Positions 29,377 to 40,900 of a stretch of DNA of 64,000 nucleotides are shown here, in pieces. The notes under the pieces are model-generated. The model made no database searches, had not been told where the DNA came from, and saw only the letters and a list, made by a program, of their open reading frames with translations. The number at the start of each line of letters is the position of its first letter. Within the stretch, counting starts at the first letter, position 1. The translations under genes and the position numbers were made by a program. This DNA is from Candidatus Omnitrophota bacterium (GTDB taxonomy: Bacteria > Omnitrophota > Gorgyraeia > Zapsychrales > Fredricksoniimonadaceae). Location of the stretch: positions 3,460 through 67,459 of the forward strand of contig CAJARJ010000011.1 in NCBI GenBank assembly GCA_903944345.1. Reading direction: 5' to 3'.

Positions 29377-29420
29377 AATCAGCTCCTCCTGAAGTATCCT
29401 CTGCGAGAATTTCTCACAGA

Positions 29421-31436
29421 TCAGAAATCCTTGAACCCCTCTTTGTCATCCAGAGGAATGACTTCCTCAGGCTTGAGAACCTTGCTCCCTTTCGACGATG
29501 CCCGAGCATCTTTGTGTTCTGCTTTGGCAAGTTTCGGCGCCGCTGAAGCAACAGTTCTTTTCTTCTCAACCGCATGAACCGCCTTGAAAGCCGCCGCCGC
29601 TGAAGCACTGGAACCACCTACAATCTGCTGCAATTCCCCAACCATGTCCTTAAGATTCTCCGCCTGGCTGGACAACTCTTCCGCTGCTGCAGCGCTTTCT
29701 TCGGCACTGGCCGCATTCTGCTGGGTCACCTGATCCATCTGGCTGACCGCATGTGTCACCTGGTTAATGCCTTCAGCCTGCTCTTTGCTGGCCACCGCGA
29801 TCTCGTGCACCACATCAGCCACCTTCTTGGCAGCATCCGAAATCTGCACCAGAGCATCGCCGGCTTTCTTGGCAATCTCGGTTCCTTCCTTGGTGCGGGT
29901 TGAGCTGTCTTCAATAAGCTGCTGGGTATCTTTCGCCGCAACTGACGCCCGCTGGGCCAGATTACGAACCTCGTCGGCAACAACCGCAAAGCCCTTGCCG
30001 TGCTCGCCGGCACGCGCCGCTTCGACCGCCGCGTTTAATGCCAGAAGATTAGTCTGAAACGATATTTCCTCAATCGTCTTGATAATCTTGCCGACTTTGT
30101 CCGATGACTCGCTGATGGCAATCATCGCCTTTTGCATCTCCTTCATCGCGACATCACCTTTTTCCGCGTGCTGCTTGGCTTCTGTGGCCATCTGATTGGC
30201 CTTGGCCGCATTATCAGCATTCTGTTTGGTCATGGATGCCATCTCATCAAGTGCGGACGATGTTTCCTCAAGCGAGCTGGCCTGCTCCGTTGCCCCCTGG
30301 GACAGTTGCTGGGCCGAACCGGAAACCTGGCTGGCCGCAGAAGTGGTCTGCTGCGAACCTTCATTTAAAGAAGCGGCCACCCTGGAAATTGCTGTTGTAA
30401 TTCCCAGCGTAATAAAAATAGCCAGAATAATCGCCAGAATAGTGCCGATAATCAGCCCGATAATCATGGTAAGAGACGCGGCCGACAATGACTGAGTCGC
30501 ATTCTCCGCAATTTTGGTCGTACTCTGTATCCCTGCAACAGCAATTTCTTCCGCCCCCTTGAGGACAGACATCCCGATCTCCGTTCGGCGTTTTCCTAAT
30601 TCAGCCAACTTGACCCAGTCAGCCGCCAATGCCTGCATTCCTTCCTCATATTCATGTGCGGAAACCTTGACATTGTTCAGGTTCTCCGTGTCTTCTTTTG
30701 TTCTGGTGATCTTTATCAATTCTTCCCAGACCCCATACATTTTGGGAAAATTATGCAGACCTTCACTAATCATCGCCCCGTCACGAGAAGCTCCCGCCTT
30801 CCATGCCGTGATACGAACTTCATTGCCAAGATCAATAATGTCATTAATCTTTGTCACCTTGAAAAGCCTCTCGTGCAATTCTGCCTTTTTTGCATCCGGA
30901 GCATCACTTTCGGTATCAATAGCCAGTGCGAACTTATTATTCTGGGATTCCAGATAAATATTGCAACTTTTTACAAACTCAGCAGCACTCTTGTTCATCT
31001 CCGCCTTCATATGCTCAACAGCTTCGATACTCTCCCGGGTTTTGTTCATGGCCTCTTCATAGGCCTGAACTTCCTTCTCGACATTCTCAACCGCGCCTTT
31101 AAGGGCTGTAAGGTTTTTGGCCTCCTCGGAAAGCTTCCTGGCCCTGGACAGATCTTCCTTGAGCGCTGCCAACCTCTTGGTGGCCTTATCCAGATAAGAG
31201 CTATCTTCGGTAAAGGCATACCCCCTGACCTCATACATCAAACCGCTGACATTGCGCTCAAACTCGCTGACTATACTGACTTCCGGGGCGTACTCTTTGG
31301 ACAACTTTGTCGAATCCGTCTCGACGGCCTTCATCTTGACCACAGCCAGACTTCCCAGCGCAATGGCGATGATAACCACCAGCCCAAAGCCCAAGCCCAG
31401 CTTTGCCGCTAAACCCATATTCTTCCACATATCCAC
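29421..31436 (-). CDS. Methyl-accepting chemotaxis protein with helical periplasmic sensor
   Basis: Two TMs; [27 protein letters not shown]; C-terminal pentapeptide-like GFKDF. Confidence 0.96.
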   Translation of the reverse strand: MDMWKNMGLAAKLGLGFGLVVIIAIALGSLAVVKMKAVETDSTKLSKEYAPEVSIVSEFERNVSGLMYEVRGYAFTEDSSYLDKATKRLAALKEDLSRARKLSEEAKNLTALKGAVENVEKEVQAYEEAMNKTRESIEAVEHMKAEMNKSAAEFVKSCNIYLESQNNKFALAIDTESDAPDAKKAELHERLFKVTKINDIIDLGNEVRITAWKAGASRDGAMISEGLHNFPKMYGVWEELIKITRTKEDTENLNNVKVSAHEYEEGMQALAADWVKLAELGKRRTEIGMSVLKGAEEIAVAGIQSTTKIAENATQSLSAASLTMIIGLIIGTILAIILAIFITLGITTAISRVAASLNEGSQQTTSAASQVSGSAQQLSQGATEQASSLEETSSALDEMASMTKQNADNAAKANQMATEAKQHAEKGDVAMKEMQKAMIAISESSDKVGKIIKTIEEISFQTNLLALNAAVEAARAGEHGKGFAVVADEVRNLAQRASVAAKDTQQLIEDSSTRTKEGTEIAKKAGDALVQISDAAKKVADVVHEIAVASKEQAEGINQVTHAVSQMDQVTQQNAASAEESAAAAEELSSQAENLKDMVGELQQIVGGSSASAAAAFKAVHAVEKKRTVASAAPKLAKAEHKDARASSKGSKVLKPEEVIPLDDKEGFKDF

Positions 31437-31576
31437 TCCTCCTTTGATTATCTTTAATAAACGTCAAACAAAGTTAACTTGCTTTTACTGCACCCCCTTT
31501 CAGAGGCGGGACACCGATCATATGCTGTATAATTCCATTTTGCTTTGCGGCGTCCTGCCTTCCTTTGGCTCCTGAA

Positions 31577-32497
31577 CTACTCCCTCTGCATCCGGGTCGT
31601 CGCGGCAGTCTTGAGCGCCGGGATATATTCCCTGCGCACTTCCTGCTGTCCCAGCGGAGAATAAAGCAGTTCCTTGTCAACCACACAAATCGCTCCCAAC
31701 TTTCTGGCTCGCCGGGCTACCGGCGAATCGACCTTGGCGATTGTCGAACAGATAACAACGGGAGTCGGCCTGAATTTCATCAGTTTTTCCAGAAAATCCA
31801 GTCCATCCATTCTGGGCATGATAATGTCAAGACTGACCACATCCGGATCCAGTTCCAGAATCTTGTCGCGTGCCTCAAACGCATCCCCTGCTTCGCCCAC
31901 TACCTCAAAACCAGGCACCGATTCAATAAGTTTGCGCTCGATCTTGCGGGCGATCTGACAATCATCCACCAGAAGCACGCGGATATTGCGATGTGAAATA
32001 TCCTTGTGCTGGGTTCCGATAGGCCGGATCGTTACCTCAAAAGTGCCTGTATTAAAATACACCTTGCGCCCATGCTTCCCGCCGACATCACTCTCCACAA
32101 TCGGAATGCCGAACTTCTTGAGAACCATCCTGGCGGCAACAATATTCGTATCCCCAATCCCGGCCCCGACACCCAAATGCCCGACAACCGCTCCCCCTCC
32201 GAATATCTTGGCCTCATAATGCTCGACTCTCGCGTCCATGGCAAAAAGGCTGCGGATGATATATTCCGTCGATGTGTCTCCGTATTTCCCCCGCGACTCA
32301 TATTCGCCGGGAAACCGGTCCCGCAAGAAATGATTCATGGCAGCCGCTCCGTTGTGACGGTTATAAACGCAAACCGCCACACAAGAGCCTAAAAGAGTCG
32401 CCATAAACATGGGCTCACGCGAGACGCAAAGCTCCCCTGGCAACAGAAAAACACGCTCCAGACCGCTGGGAGTTATGACTTCATCATGCTGACTCAT
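31577..32497 (-). CDS. cheD: CheD deamidase fused to C-terminal receiver domain
   Basis: TLLGSCVAVC..NH, AKIFGG, DVGG..GRK followed by VLLVDD...LDIIMPRMDG. Confidence 0.9.
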   Translation of the reverse strand: MSQHDEVITPSGLERVFLLPGELCVSREPMFMATLLGSCVAVCVYNRHNGAAAMNHFLRDRFPGEYESRGKYGDTSTEYIIRSLFAMDARVEHYEAKIFGGGAVVGHLGVGAGIGDTNIVAARMVLKKFGIPIVESDVGGKHGRKVYFNTGTFEVTIRPIGTQHKDISHRNIRVLLVDDCQIARKIERKLIESVPGFEVVGEAGDAFEARDKILELDPDVVSLDIIMPRMDGLDFLEKLMKFRPTPVVICSTIAKVDSPVARRARKLGAICVVDKELLYSPLGQQEVRREYIPALKTAATTRMQRE

Positions 32498-32889
32498 TTA
32501 TTCCTTTTGAGTCTCATGCTGACCTTGTGCAGCAATTGACCTGGATCCACCGGTTTGAGAATATAATCATCACAGCCTGCGTTAAACGCCTGCATAAAGG
32601 GTTTGTCAAAAGCGGTTACCATGATAACCGGAACGCCCTCACCAACAGAAATCCCCGCCGCTTTCTCAACTTCACGAACAATTCCGAGAAGAGAAAGACC
32701 ATCCAGTTCCGGCATTGCAATATCCAGCAGAATCATGTCATAAGGCTTATTCTTCTCCAGCGAGATGCGAAAAGCCTCGAATGCTTCCCGCCCGTTTACA
32801 GCCGCATCACAGTGCGCCACATCCCGCAGCACCTCGACTATCAACTGCCGGTTGGTAAAATTGTCATCCACAACAAGAATTTTCCACAT
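32494..32889 (-). CDS. Single-domain response regulator
   Basis: ILVVDD, LLDIAMP, VTA, KP. Confidence 0.92.
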   Translation of the reverse strand: MWKILVVDDNFTNRQLIVEVLRDVAHCDAAVNGREAFEAFRISLEKNKPYDMILLDIAMPELDGLSLLGIVREVEKAAGISVGEGVPVIMVTAFDKPFMQAFNAGCDDYILKPVDPGQLLHKVSMRLKRNK

Positions 32890-32894
32890 ATGAT

Positions 32895-33290
32895 TTAACT
32901 CCTTCTCTTGAGTTTCAACTCAATCTTCTCCAGCAGCCTGACAGGATCGACTGGCTTAAGCTCATAATCGTCGCAGGTACGATTAAACTCTTTCATAAAA
33001 GGTTTCTCATGGGCGCTTACCATAATGACCGGAAGATTCTGCCCGAATGGAAGCCCGGCCTTCTTTTCCATCTCACGCAGACGAGCAAGAACCTCACACC
33101 CGTCCATCTCCGGCATCACCATGTCCAGAAGCATCAGATCAAAAGGCTTGTTCTGCTGCAGGGCAAACAAGTACCCCTGAACCGCCTCCCGACCATTTAC
33201 AGCCAGATAGGTTTGCGCAACACCCTTGAGCATTTCACGCATAAGCTCCAGATCCGCCAGGCTGTCATCAACAATCAGAATTTTCCACAT
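32895..33290 (-). CDS. Single-domain response regulator (paralog of neighbour)
   Basis: Start MWKILIVDD at 33290; LLDMVMP, VSA, KP. Confidence 0.9.
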   Translation of the reverse strand: MWKILIVDDSLADLELMREMLKGVAQTYLAVNGREAVQGYLFALQQNKPFDLMLLDMVMPEMDGCEVLARLREMEKKAGLPFGQNLPVIMVSAHEKPFMKEFNRTCDDYELKPVDPVRLLEKIELKLKRRS

Positions 33291-33306
33291 ATTCCCCTCA
33301 ATCCCG

Positions 33307-34362
33307 CTAATCTTTTGCCAGATGCTGTATAAGCATGTCCGGGATATCCCCCAGAGCAACACTCTGCACCACCGCACCCACCTCGACAGCCGCCCTGGGC
33401 ATGCCATAAACCACGCATGTTGCCTCATCCTGCGCGATGGTATGCGCCCCGGCATCCCTCATATGCCTAAGCCCCATAGCCCCGTCACGACCCATCCCCG
33501 TCAACATAACCCCCACGGCATTGGAACCGGCATATTTGGCCACTGAATCAAAAAGCACCTCGACGGATGGCCGCTGGTAAAAAACCATGGGGCCTTCCTT
33601 GATCTCCACGTAATACCGGGCCCCACTGCGACGTAGAACCATATGATAATTTCCGGGAGCAATCAGAATCAGCCCGGATCGCACCGTATCCCCGTCTTTT
33701 GCTTCCTGAACATCCATGGCACAAACCCGGGCCAGACTGTCAGCAAAACTCTTTGTAAAAATCGCCGGCATATGCTGTGTCAGCACCACACCGGGAAACG
33801 TTGCCGGAAGAGCCGGAAGGAGCAACCGTAACGCCTCGGTGCCTCCGGTAGAGGCCCCGATAGCAACAACCCTGTCGGTGGTTTTAAGCATGGACGCACT
33901 CACAGGAGAACCCCGTCTGACAGTAGCCGAAAGCGGCTTATACCCGCCGACAAACCTTCTCTTGGCCGCATAACCGGCACGAATGGCATTCGCCAACTGT
34001 TCAATCATTTCATTCAGCCTGGTTGCGACATCCAAAGAAGGCTTGTGCATAACCTCTATTGCCCCCAGTTCCAGTGCTCTCATGGCGGTTGAACAGCCGG
34101 CAGGCGTCAACGTGCTCAGGATAATCACAGGCATAGGATGACTCTTCATCAGTTTTTCAAGAAACGTAACGCCATCCATGCGGGGCATTTCTACATCCAA
34201 GGTCAACACATCCGGCGAATGCTGAATAATCCTGTCCCGGGCAATATAGGGATCCGGCGCGGTGTCCACAATCTCGATATCCGGACACTTGCCCAGACCG
34301 TCTTTCAGGATTGAACGAACCACTGCCGAATCATCTACAATGAGCACTTTTATTTTCTGCAT
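33307..34362 (-). CDS. cheB: Chemotaxis methylesterase CheB
   Basis: Receiver plus GASTGG, QHMP, LTGMG.DG. Confidence 0.96.
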   Translation of the reverse strand: MQKIKVLIVDDSAVVRSILKDGLGKCPDIEIVDTAPDPYIARDRIIQHSPDVLTLDVEMPRMDGVTFLEKLMKSHPMPVIILSTLTPAGCSTAMRALELGAIEVMHKPSLDVATRLNEMIEQLANAIRAGYAAKRRFVGGYKPLSATVRRGSPVSASMLKTTDRVVAIGASTGGTEALRLLLPALPATFPGVVLTQHMPAIFTKSFADSLARVCAMDVQEAKDGDTVRSGLILIAPGNYHMVLRRSGARYYVEIKEGPMVFYQRPSVEVLFDSVAKYAGSNAVGVMLTGMGRDGAMGLRHMRDAGAHTIAQDEATCVVYGMPRAAVEVGAVVQSVALGDIPDMLIQHLAKD

Positions 34363-34364
34363 GC

Positions 34365-35222
34365 CTACCTTATCTTTCTGTAAGTCGCCGGCGCCAGAAC
34401 GTCTACCCTAGTCCGGAAAGTAGCCGGGAGATTCTCGGAGTGACCGATCAAAAGGTATCCTCCGGGTAGCAGCATCCGGAGCAATTTATCAACGACCGCC
34501 GCCTGTGTCGGCGGATCAAAATAAATCATGACATTGCGGCAGGAAATAAAATCAAACGGACCTCTGAATGGAAAAGAAGCCTCCATCAGATTAAGCCGGC
34601 GGAAAGTGATCATAGCCTTGAGTCGCGCAGAGACCTGATACATAGACTCCTTGTCCACCTGGGTCCGGTCAAAATAGCGCTCCAGAAGGGCCGGAGGAAC
34701 AGTCTTGACCTTATCAAATGTATAAACCCCTTCCATGGCCTGCGCCAGAACCTTGGTTGATATGTCGGTCGCCAGCAATTTGACATCAAAGGTCGGCATC
34801 CGGCTAAAAAATTCAGCGAGCGTCAAAGCAAGGGTATACGGCTCTTCTCCGGTAGATGCCGCCGCGCACCAGGCACGAACACGCGTAGATTTCTCGGCAT
34901 TCTTGCGCCGCAGGATTTCCGGCAAGGCCTGTCCGGTCAAAAAATCAAAATGCTGTCTTTCTCTGTAAAACGAGGTGAAATTGGTCGAAATCGCATTGAT
35001 CATGAGCATGAGCTCCCCATCATCCTGCGATTCGGAAACAAAATTGAAATATTCCGCGTAAGTATCGAGACCCAGCGCACGCAAACGCTTGCCCAAACGC
35101 GTTTTCATGAACTCCTGCTTATGATCACCCAAAGATATTCCGCTTTTGTCATAGATCAACCGGGCCAGAGAACGATATTCTCCGGGTTTAAGTTCTATTG
35201 GTTTCTGGAAAACGTGCACCAT
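34365..35222 (-). CDS. cheR: Chemotaxis methyltransferase CheR
   Basis: TNFTSFYRE, AASTGEEPYT, ATDIS, CRNVMIYFD, GHSE; start at MVHVF. Confidence 0.96.
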   Translation of the reverse strand: MVHVFQKPIELKPGEYRSLARLIYDKSGISLGDHKQEFMKTRLGKRLRALGLDTYAEYFNFVSESQDDGELMLMINAISTNFTSFYRERQHFDFLTGQALPEILRRKNAEKSTRVRAWCAAASTGEEPYTLALTLAEFFSRMPTFDVKLLATDISTKVLAQAMEGVYTFDKVKTVPPALLERYFDRTQVDKESMYQVSARLKAMITFRRLNLMEASFPFRGPFDFISCRNVMIYFDPPTQAAVVDKLLRMLLPGGYLLIGHSENLPATFRTRVDVLAPATYRKIR

Positions 35223-35230
35223 AGGCTCCT

Positions 35231-37846
35231 CTATTTTGCCGCTGCACAAACCAGTCCGTTAACATCCAGAATAAGACCTACCCGCCCGTCACCCAGAATC
35301 GCCGCACCGGAAACCCCCTGCACTTTACGCAGATTGTCCCCCAGACTCTTGATAACTACCTGCTGCTGACCCAGCAATTCGTCGACCAAAACGCAGGCCC
35401 GTCCATACTCGGATTCAATAATACAAACAGTGGCATCCTCGAAACGCTCACGTCCGCCGGGCACACCAAACAGCTTGCCCAGACGAATCAAAGGATAGAC
35501 TTTCCCGTAAACACTGTACATCTCCCCCCGACCATAGATCAGGGTAAGAGACTTCTCGTCAGGCTTCACAAATTCGATTACCGAATTGATGGGCAGAATA
35601 TACTTTTCATTACCCACCTCAACAACAATCCCCTCGATAATCGCCAGTGTGATCGGAAGATAAATAAAGAAAGTGGAACCCTGTCCGACTTGCGACTCAA
35701 TCTCAACCCGGCCACGCAGTTTCTCGATATTCTTTTTAACAACATCCATCCCCACGCCACGGCCGGAAACATCCGTCACTTTCTCGGCCGTCGAAAAACC
35801 TGGTTCGAAGATAAGATTAAAAATTCTTTTATCCGAAAGCTCCTCACCGGGCTTGACCAGCCCCCGCTCGACTGCCTTGGCCAGAATTCTGTCTTTACGC
35901 AGGCCACCGCCATCATCCTTGATCTCAATAACAATGCTTCCCCCACGATGGTAGGCAGACAATTGCACCTTTCCTGCCGGGTTCTTCCCGGCCGCAATAC
36001 GAGCCTCCCTGGACTCTATGCCGTGATCCACCGAATTGCGCACCATATGCATCAAAGGATCCCCGACCAGCTCGACCATATTCTTGTCAATCTCGGTCTC
36101 CTCGCCGCTGAGTGTGATAGCAATCTCCTTGCCCAGCTTTTTGGAAAGATCCCTTACGAGGCGAACCATTTTCTGGAAAGTCGGGCCAACCTGCACCAGG
36201 CGCATGCCCATCGCAATCTGCTGCAGCCGCCGCGTGATCCGGTCGAGCTCGCCGAGATTCTTGTGAAATTTCTGATCCTCAATAGAAAGAATAAACGGAC
36301 TCTGGATAACCTGTGTCTCGGAAATTACCAATTCCCCAACCAGGTCAATGAGACTATCCAGTTTGTCCAGCTGGATCTTGATCGTGTTTTCCACAGAAGT
36401 CCCGGATTTTTGCACCTCAAGAGCACTCTGAATCTGCTTGGTACTGGCCGCATGAGCCTCAACAAGAATTTCCCCGACTTTCTTTTCAGGAGCAATTTCT
36501 TTCTGCACCAAAAGCGCCTCTGCCAGTTCGGTTTGAGTGACAGCCCCCTGCCTGAGAAGAATTTCGCCCACAGGCTCCCGCTTCTTTCCGCTGACAACCT
36601 CTTTGAGCGATCCCAACAGCTCTGCGCAATCGACATAGGCACTTTTCAGCTGACCGCCATTTGTAGCCTGTTCCTGCAACAATTCGAGCATCTTTCTTAA
36701 CAGATCGATCGACGCCAGAGTCAATTCCACAACGCGCCCGCCAAAAACCAGAGTATCCTTGCGAACCATATCCAGCATGGTTTCCGCTTCATGGGCAAAA
36801 ACCCGGATATCCCTCAAGTCCAGAAAAGCCGCAGCACCCTTGATCGTATGAAACGCGCGAAAAATATTATTGATCGCTTCCTTATCATCCGGGGCCGTTT
36901 CCAGAACAAGAACCGACCGTTCGGAATTGGCCAGATGATCAAAGCCTTCATTCGCAAATTCAATAAAAAGGTCTGCGCCACTGGAAAGATCAAGTACGGG
37001 GACTTGCGGAACAAAAGCATCCTCTGGGCAATGCTCTGCCAGAGACTGTAGCGGAGGTTCGACTGAAACAGGCAATTGAGCAGGCTGCCTGTTCAAACGT
37101 AATTTATTTATGCTCTCGATAACAGGAGAAATATCTGCGCCGGGATCAAAGGCAGGATTGTCTTTCAATTGAGCCAGCGCCCGCCTGAGTGCATCTACAG
37201 CCTGAAGAAAAACACTGGTTATCTGTTCGTCGGATTTAAGGGTTCGGTCCCGCAAAAGACCGAGAAAATCTTCCGCGGTATGGGCGAGCAAGGCAACATG
37301 AGCGAACCCTAAAAGATTGGCCTCACCTTTGACCGTATGAAAAACCCGGAAAAGTTCATCGATCCTGGCACTATTCTCCGGCTCTTTCTCGAGAATGAGA
37401 AGACTTTTTTCGGTATCATCCAGCGAAGTTAAAGTGCTGGCGATAAACCCCGGAATTTCCCGGGCCTGGGATTCGGAAATCACCCGAATCTTGGTCGCCG
37501 TGGCTCCTGCAACAATCCGCTTTATATCTTCATTGAATGTCTGGACAAAACCTGCGGCATCCCCACCCTGATCCAGCGCCCCCAACGTCTGCTGCAAGGC
37601 ACTTAACAAACAGGAAAGAATATCCGCACATTTTTTGATATCCGTCTTTTTATACATTCCGACGGCAGCAACGGCAGAAACAATCATGCGGCTGACATCC
37701 GTCAGCGTTTTCATTCGGGGATCAGATCTTAATCCGGATATTTCCTTGAGAATAGCATCAAATTCGGCAGGAAGCGAAAGATCGGCCAGAACAAACCGGG
37801 AAGCAAGCTGTTCGACGTCACTTAAGAGCGGCTTGATGTCAGACAT
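35231..37846 (-). CDS. cheA: Chemotaxis histidine kinase CheA with two HPt domains and a MshEN-like insert
   Basis: FRVFHTVKG and FRAFHTIKG; HMVRNSVDHGIE; GFST..SGRGVGMDVV; CheW domain; start inferred at MSDIK. Confidence 0.95.
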   Translation of the reverse strand: MSDIKPLLSDVEQLASRFVLADLSLPAEFDAILKEISGLRSDPRMKTLTDVSRMIVSAVAAVGMYKKTDIKKCADILSCLLSALQQTLGALDQGGDAAGFVQTFNEDIKRIVAGATATKIRVISESQAREIPGFIASTLTSLDDTEKSLLILEKEPENSARIDELFRVFHTVKGEANLLGFAHVALLAHTAEDFLGLLRDRTLKSDEQITSVFLQAVDALRRALAQLKDNPAFDPGADISPVIESINKLRLNRQPAQLPVSVEPPLQSLAEHCPEDAFVPQVPVLDLSSGADLFIEFANEGFDHLANSERSVLVLETAPDDKEAINNIFRAFHTIKGAAAFLDLRDIRVFAHEAETMLDMVRKDTLVFGGRVVELTLASIDLLRKMLELLQEQATNGGQLKSAYVDCAELLGSLKEVVSGKKREPVGEILLRQGAVTQTELAEALLVQKEIAPEKKVGEILVEAHAASTKQIQSALEVQKSGTSVENTIKIQLDKLDSLIDLVGELVISETQVIQSPFILSIEDQKFHKNLGELDRITRRLQQIAMGMRLVQVGPTFQKMVRLVRDLSKKLGKEIAITLSGEETEIDKNMVELVGDPLMHMVRNSVDHGIESREARIAAGKNPAGKVQLSAYHRGGSIVIEIKDDGGGLRKDRILAKAVERGLVKPGEELSDKRIFNLIFEPGFSTAEKVTDVSGRGVGMDVVKKNIEKLRGRVEIESQVGQGSTFFIYLPITLAIIEGIVVEVGNEKYILPINSVIEFVKPDEKSLTLIYGRGEMYSVYGKVYPLIRLGKLFGVPGGRERFEDATVCIIESEYGRACVLVDELLGQQQVVIKSLGDNLRKVQGVSGAAILGDGRVGLILDVNGLVCAAAK

Positions 37847-37861
37847 TTGCACCCCGTCAAA

Positions 37862-37958
37862 GAAAAACCCGAACACACATAATACGTTCAGGTTTTTCAT
37901 GGCCTGCGCTGGAGATTTGCGCAATTCAAGACTACACTGCCAGCTGGCAGCTTGTCAA
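37862..37958 (-). promoter_or_regulatory. Candidate cheA promoter with spacer palindrome and leader hairpin
   Basis: TTGACA (37958-37953), N18, TAGTCT; CTGCCAGCTGGCAG palindrome 37937-37950; 13-bp stem 37862-37874/37886-37898. Confidence 0.5.
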
Positions 37959-37982
37959 GGCGACAGGTGTATTTCTTTAATG

Positions 37983-40900
37983 TTATACGCTCCGTTTATA
38001 ACGTAGAAGAATATCTCTCAGATCGGTGATCCCGACAGGTTTGGTTAAGAAGTCATTCATACCGGCGAGCAGACAACGTTCCTTATCCTGGGGCATCGCC
38101 GCTGCAGTCAATGCTATGACCGGAAGATCCGGACCGTGCTCCCGACGGAAAATCCTGGTGGCCTCCTCCCCGCTCATGACCGGCATCTGCAAATCCATAA
38201 AACAAAGGTCATACCCCCCTTTCTGCAATAAAACAAGAGCTTCCTGCCCATTACAGGCAAAATCCGCGGCGCACCCGAGTACAGATAAATACTCTTGCAA
38301 TAAATGCCGATTAGAAGGCGTATCCTCAACGACAAGAACCCGCATATTCTGGCCTACTGCATCTATGTGCTCCGTCACAAACGCCTCTGCGCAAGAAACA
38401 TCCGGGATTCTCAGTGTCAAAGTGAAAGAAAATTCGCTGCCTTTTCCAAGCTCCGAGGAAACCCGAATCTCTCCCCCCATCCTTTCCACCAGCCCCTTGC
38501 AGATAGACAGCCCCAGGCCTGTCCCGCCAAACTCCCTGACAGTCGACATATCCACCTGTTCAAAAGGCTGAAATATCTTTTCGAATTTCTCCTGCGGTAT
38601 TCCGATCCCGGTATCTCTCACACTTATAAAGAACCGGGCCCGCCGACCATCTTTTTCCAACATGACCCGGACAGTCAGCGTCACAGTCCCCTGAAAGGTG
38701 AACTTGACCGCATTGCTCAAAAGATTCACAAGAACCTGTTTGATTCTGGTCGGGTCCCCCATCACCCGCTGAGGAACCCCGTCGGAAATATCCTGCCTGA
38801 ACACCAAATTTCTAACCTGAAACTGGGACTGTACCATCGCCAGGCATTCCGAGAACAAATCCCGGATCCCAAATTCAATTTCTTCAAAAGACATTTTGCC
38901 TGAGGAAACCCTGGCGATATCCAGAATATCATTGATGATCCCTAAAAGAAGACGTCCACTGGAAATGATCGTATCTAGATAAGACAACTGTTTCTCAGTC
39001 AAGGACGTAATTTTCAGCAGTTGGCCAAAACCGATGATCGCATTCATAGGAGTGCGTATCTCATGACTCATATTCGCCAAAAATTCTCCCTTGATCCTGC
39101 TGGCCGCTTCGGCTGCCTCCTTGGCCTCCAGTAATACCCTTTCAACCCTCTTTCTCTCGGAAATATCCCGGGCCGCGGCCACCAGAAGATTGCGTCCCGA
39201 GCTTTCAATCACAACGATATTGACCTCAACGGGAAATACACTCCCATCTTTCCTTCTGTGCCTGCCCTGCAGGGAAAACGTTTGTCCGGGGATCAGCGTC
39301 TGCCAGGCCTGCTGATCTCGTTCAGCAGAATAATCCATATCAAGATTACTGACCGAAAGGTTCAGCATTTCTTCGCGGGTATACCCCAGAGAACTAACAG
39401 CCTGCTGGTTGCAATCCACAATCCTGCCACTTGGAGTATCATGCACAAAAATAGCGTCCGCGGCATGATTGATAAGTCCGCGATAATATGCCTCCCTTTC
39501 GCGGATCACATCTTCAACCCGCTTGCGCTCGGTGATATCCGCAAAAACCGTCGCAAATTTCCCATCCCCCAGACTGTACGCATTAATGTAAAAATATTTC
39601 TGCATTTGCTCAACATACTGTTCGAAAGTAACCGACTCTCCGGTCAACGCGACCCTGCCATATATGCTGATAAATGAAGATCTTTCTATACCAGGAAGAA
39701 CATCAGTTACCCTGCGGCCAACTATATCGCCAGCCCGCAATCCGGTCTGCAGTTCAAAGGCGGGATTAACCGAAAGAAAAACATAATCTACCGGCTGTCC
39801 GGCATCATCCAGAACGATCTGATGCACGGCTATAGCGCCAACAGCATACTCGACCAAAAGTCGATAGCGCTCTTCGCTTTCCCTAAGCCGCTGCTCGGCA
39901 AGCCTGCGCGCGGTTATGTCCGTATCCGAACCTCTGTAACCCAGAAGCTCCCCGTCTTTTCCTATCATGGGAAGAGCACTGGTCATCATCCAACGACAGA
40001 CACCTGCTTTGGTGACGACCGGATTAACGATCTCCTTAAGAACTTCCTTGCGTTCAAAACAGGCGAACGCCTCAGCCTTGAATTCTTCCCTGCTTTCTTG
40101 CGGATGCAAGTCATAAAATGACAGTTTCCCGACAATTTCTTCCGGGGCAAACCCCCAGACAGTCTCGGCCACATGACTGACGTAAGTATAAAGCCCGCGA
40201 GAATCTGTTTCCCATATGACCTCGCTGACTTGCTCGGCAACCATATTAAACCGGTCACGACTCTCACGCAGGGCATCTTCCATACGCTTGCGTTCGGTAA
40301 TGTCGGAGATTACTCCAACAATCGACAAGAACTTTCCGCTCTTGTCAAAAAAAGAAGCCTTATTGAAAACCACAACGCGAGAACTGCCCACTGGAAAACT
40401 GACATTACCTTCGTAAACCTGTTGTCCGGGAGACTCCAAAAGAGCTTGATCCATCGCCGCATAGCGGTCAGCCACCTCGCCAGGAATAATTTCATGCACG
40501 GTTTTGCCAATAATTTCGGCACGAGGCTTGCCGACATACTCCTCAAACATGCGATTACACCCCTGATAACATCCCCGACTGTCCTTATACAAAACCGGAA
40601 CGGGAATGGCATCAATCAACTTTTGGAGAAAATCAATTTGTCCAGCCTTCTCTTCCTCCACAGCCTTGCGCGCCGTAACATCCGAGATAGAAAACAGCAG
40701 GCATTCCCCGCCATTGATCTCCAGCGGGCTGGCATTGACCTCAAGCCAGAGCCTGCGCACTTTTCCGGAAGGATTACGCACAATATGGCTGATTTCAACC
40801 CCCCTGACAGCCTCACCAGTTTCAAAGATACGGTTGCCTGTGTTACGAAAAAGGCAATCCCTACAGGCCTCGGCATGCCCGCAACCCGACGCTGCCTCAG

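Noticed and set aside
32895-33455. N-terminal extensions in the ORF track (also 19640, 37924, 46672, 49255, 55380)
   Set aside because: Extensions overlap upstream genes or promoter/leader DNA; downstream starts fit the domain boundaries better
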